Assembly (NCBI GenBank): GCA_038109055.1
Contig: JAYNIM010000008.1
Span: forward strand, 1 to 64,000
DNA length: 64,000 nt
From: a bacterium
GTDB taxonomy: Bacteria; Margulisbacteria; Marinamargulisbacteria; GCA-2716485; JAYNIM01
Reading direction: 5' to 3'
Shown here piece after piece: positions 62,801-64,000 of the stretch. Under the pieces are notes generated by a model. That model worked only from the letters and a program-made list of their open reading frames with translations. It was not told the DNA's origin and made no database searches. Each line of letters opens with the position of its first letter. The stretch's first letter is position 1. A program made the translations under genes and the position numbers.

Positions 62801-64000
62801 CAGGCGAAGACGATGGGTTTATAGCCTGATACCACTCACAGTCCCTAAACTCTTTTAATAATTGTTCAAGATCATCTCTATCCTGTACAGGCTGAGCATG
62901 TCGGTTCATACATTCTATTAAGACCTGTGGCGCAGATTCTTGAATATAGTAGTCTCTATTTTCAACGAAGGCACCTGAAAAAACTTGCTTTGCTTGATGT
63001 TCTAAAGATTTAATATAAGCATTAACCGTTTCCCAATCAGATATCCCACAAGCGGCTGATAGATACCGTCTGATAGCTGATTTAATCTGAGGAGAAAAGG
63101 TAGGAGAGCGTTCAGCATGAATCTGCTCTATAATGTTGATGAGTGAGTCCGAGTCTTTGCGCTTTTCAGAGGAATAAGCACATTGATAGATGTCTGAACT
63201 ATAGATCTCATCACATTCATCAATCAACGCATCAAATTGACGGATATCAAATACATCTTGTTTAGAATCAAGAGAACGTAGCTGTTCAAAAGCAAGTTCC
63301 GTAAATGTCGTATAATTAATCATAGATTGATGATAATCAGAATTAAAGGAAGCAGGTATCTGGAGTGTCTTAAATAGGGATTCAACACTTTTGAACCCTT
63401 GTTGAGCTAAGGGTAAGTGAGTTGTAATAACAACCACTTTTTGGCCCATCATTGCTTTAATAGCTGCTATAACAGCAAAGCAAAGTGTTTTCCCTTGGGC
63501 GGTATCCATTTGAACATTCATTAAGGACTTGTGGTTCTTGGGATCAAGTTGAGCGGTCAATGTCAGCCATACCATCGCAATTTGATTGATATGAAGTGGT
63601 TTACCAAGACTAGAGGCGGCTGCAGCATAAGCCTTTTGTAAATTGTGAAAAAGATCCTGATGTTTAGGCCTGATTTGACTTGGAGATTGAGGAGACGCAG
63701 ATTGAAGATGAGAGATAACATCCTTTAGTTCCTTTATAGAATCTTCAGATAAAGGCGACTTAATGTCTTTATTAGCCTTAGCAAGACGAGCGAAAAATTT
63801 AGACTTGTCAAAAGAAGCGTGAGCTGATGATGAAGATGCGCGAGACATTGCAGATGTCGCCCTAGTCAAGAGAGAGGATGGACCTGCAGAAGAAACGGGA
63901 ATTTGTTCCGGAGACCAGTGGACCTGTTTTCTGAAAGGATGAGATGCCGCAGAAGCAGCCGATGACCTAGAACCGTGTCCAATACGGGGTAAAAAATGCT
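59811..64000 (-). CDS. SecA-like DEAD ATPase fused to a Hanks-type Ser/Thr kinase; 5' end lies outside the window
   Basis: SecA motifs in order (QMDTAQGKT, INYTT..LAFEQLR, LIDECD, GISATA, RPILV, GRGTD, QLEGR), then ILKR, HGDIKSEN, IDFG, GPE, ADIYALG, RP; no in-frame stop between 63870 and 64000. Confidence 0.85.
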   Translation of the reverse strand, partial: HFLPRIGHGSRSSAASAASHPFRKQVHWSPEQIPVSSAGPSSLLTRATSAMSRASSSSAHASFDKSKFFARLAKANKDIKSPLSEDSIKELKDVISHLQSASPQSPSQIRPKHQDLFHNLQKAYAAAASSLGKPLHINQIAMVWLTLTAQLDPKNHKSLMNVQMDTAQGKTLCFAVIAAIKAMMGQKVVVITTHLPLAQQGFKSVESLFKTLQIPASFNSDYHQSMINYTTFTELAFEQLRSLDSKQDVFDIRQFDALIDECDEIYSSDIYQCAYSSEKRKDSDSLINIIEQIHAERSPTFSPQIKSAIRRYLSAACGISDWETVNAYIKSLEHQAKQVFSGAFVENRDYYIQESAPQVLIECMNRHAQPVQDRDDLEQLLKEFRDCEWYQAINPSSSPETVSQVTEKFVCEMNQFGFPYTKETLQSAYGELEGKLKDLNDRELENSLGFDLIPMKPDGRYSEGTYMSGITHGLLLCQYGITPKAPSLRGVTVPYVEMAKQFNSMIGISATAFSDPTDSSCIEAGSQQVMQKLLSPRTTNIVIPPREVSDIKTTHKQCSNPDQAVISAIEKEKEKHKRSTRPILVATDTLERAKALHSQLKGSFLYQGTLHNDADAKLVEEGLLRPNVIVGTLSQIGRGTDWQVNHAQGGLGFYAGEMALSPHQLKQLEGRFSIPRNAQQTPGTLKTYYCHDLSDSAQLDAKTKNYNDLFHIYKRTLLANLILPFSRMTNPLSVQIIVEASKADFYTLFDQLLDQTLDSDTVTQHLSAIFRTDLDDENHETVTKLLDNFQESIQALQSSFKDNTHRSSDNSELACVISADRHAHARHKYREFGGHPYEREVPHRRAGRRSAAPPWSGYASQRTGVDTHRTVERRLDHPPTHSVHPGRYEVHPQRPIAKSCPAHQHGSDMINRQFQRMIDNLKIPFQTITNIQEVKSYSNKLAPGVYQFEGKNAQIISQRLEDSCILKRVTAGNHTHRECTYEEALIEILATCQANPDDVLAVYRTDSEELYMVLKEKNKLPNIHLSSQVKTLLASMADLHAKNIVHGDIKSENIMQDPTTGKVQFIDFGASSLQLNGRHYAGYTRSSLTGPEPSRKDEMAPRKEADIYALGLSIYELVTGTQFPFFFDCEKQHPSELTAQFIQTHFGDIRYRPTPEEFHAALVNDISRRPVSNYLEKAAQEFCFACLRQRPEKRPNASTCVKLWDKLIQNPDLDGRAVCEQLAESERKQGYLNPCLNTTAGYLSDGSDASEGSSVFSTPSSPDFAAGHLDHRPAFRSTRPLPAFPSAPSLPPCSMPRQPAALRRRKIDSGYSYPPVVRFPRRPVPKTPSRWSTYTGTHPFPTHEQVVSYPGSGHSFSSHTGLPLPHIQDISPYTAPKRLVTAARSRRAYIQRQFA

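Noticed and set aside
59811..64000. Housekeeping secA
   Set aside because: Motifs are too degenerate, the C-terminal SecY-engaging domains are not recognisable and a kinase is fused, so the gene symbol is withheld

Overview
Bacterial chromosomal window with no phage, integrase, transposase or CRISPR that I can see. It comes from an AT-rich diderm: a tamB-Omp85 pair is present and ClpC/FtsH look Terrabacteria-like, so a non-photosynthetic relative of Cyanobacteria such as Margulisbacteria is a plausible but unverified guess. Bases 1-42 kb are mostly housekeeping genes in unusual operon order (pepP, tsaC, GspE/PilB ATPase, mreB, ahcY, apgM, tamB/Omp85, rsmI, bactofilin-M23, ftsH, radA, clpC, ruvB, hisB, tal, gyrAB, thiS, lepB, pgi, an ABC-2 pair, holA) plus four tRNAs. 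The last 22 kb is a co-oriented minus-strand accessory locus. In transcription order it holds a SecA-like ATPase fused to a Hanks-type kinase (running off the window), a small HEAT-like protein, a 5141-aa protein, two small orphans and a degenerate acyltransferase. The giant protein has an N-terminal LapG/transglutaminase-like Cys-His-Asp domain, about five degenerate helical modules with hydrophobic tips and a 14-aa tandem repeat, and is preceded by a sigma-28-like promoter. This locus is the best candidate for an undescribed secreted effector or cell-contact system. All calls come from reading motifs by eye; no database searches were run.
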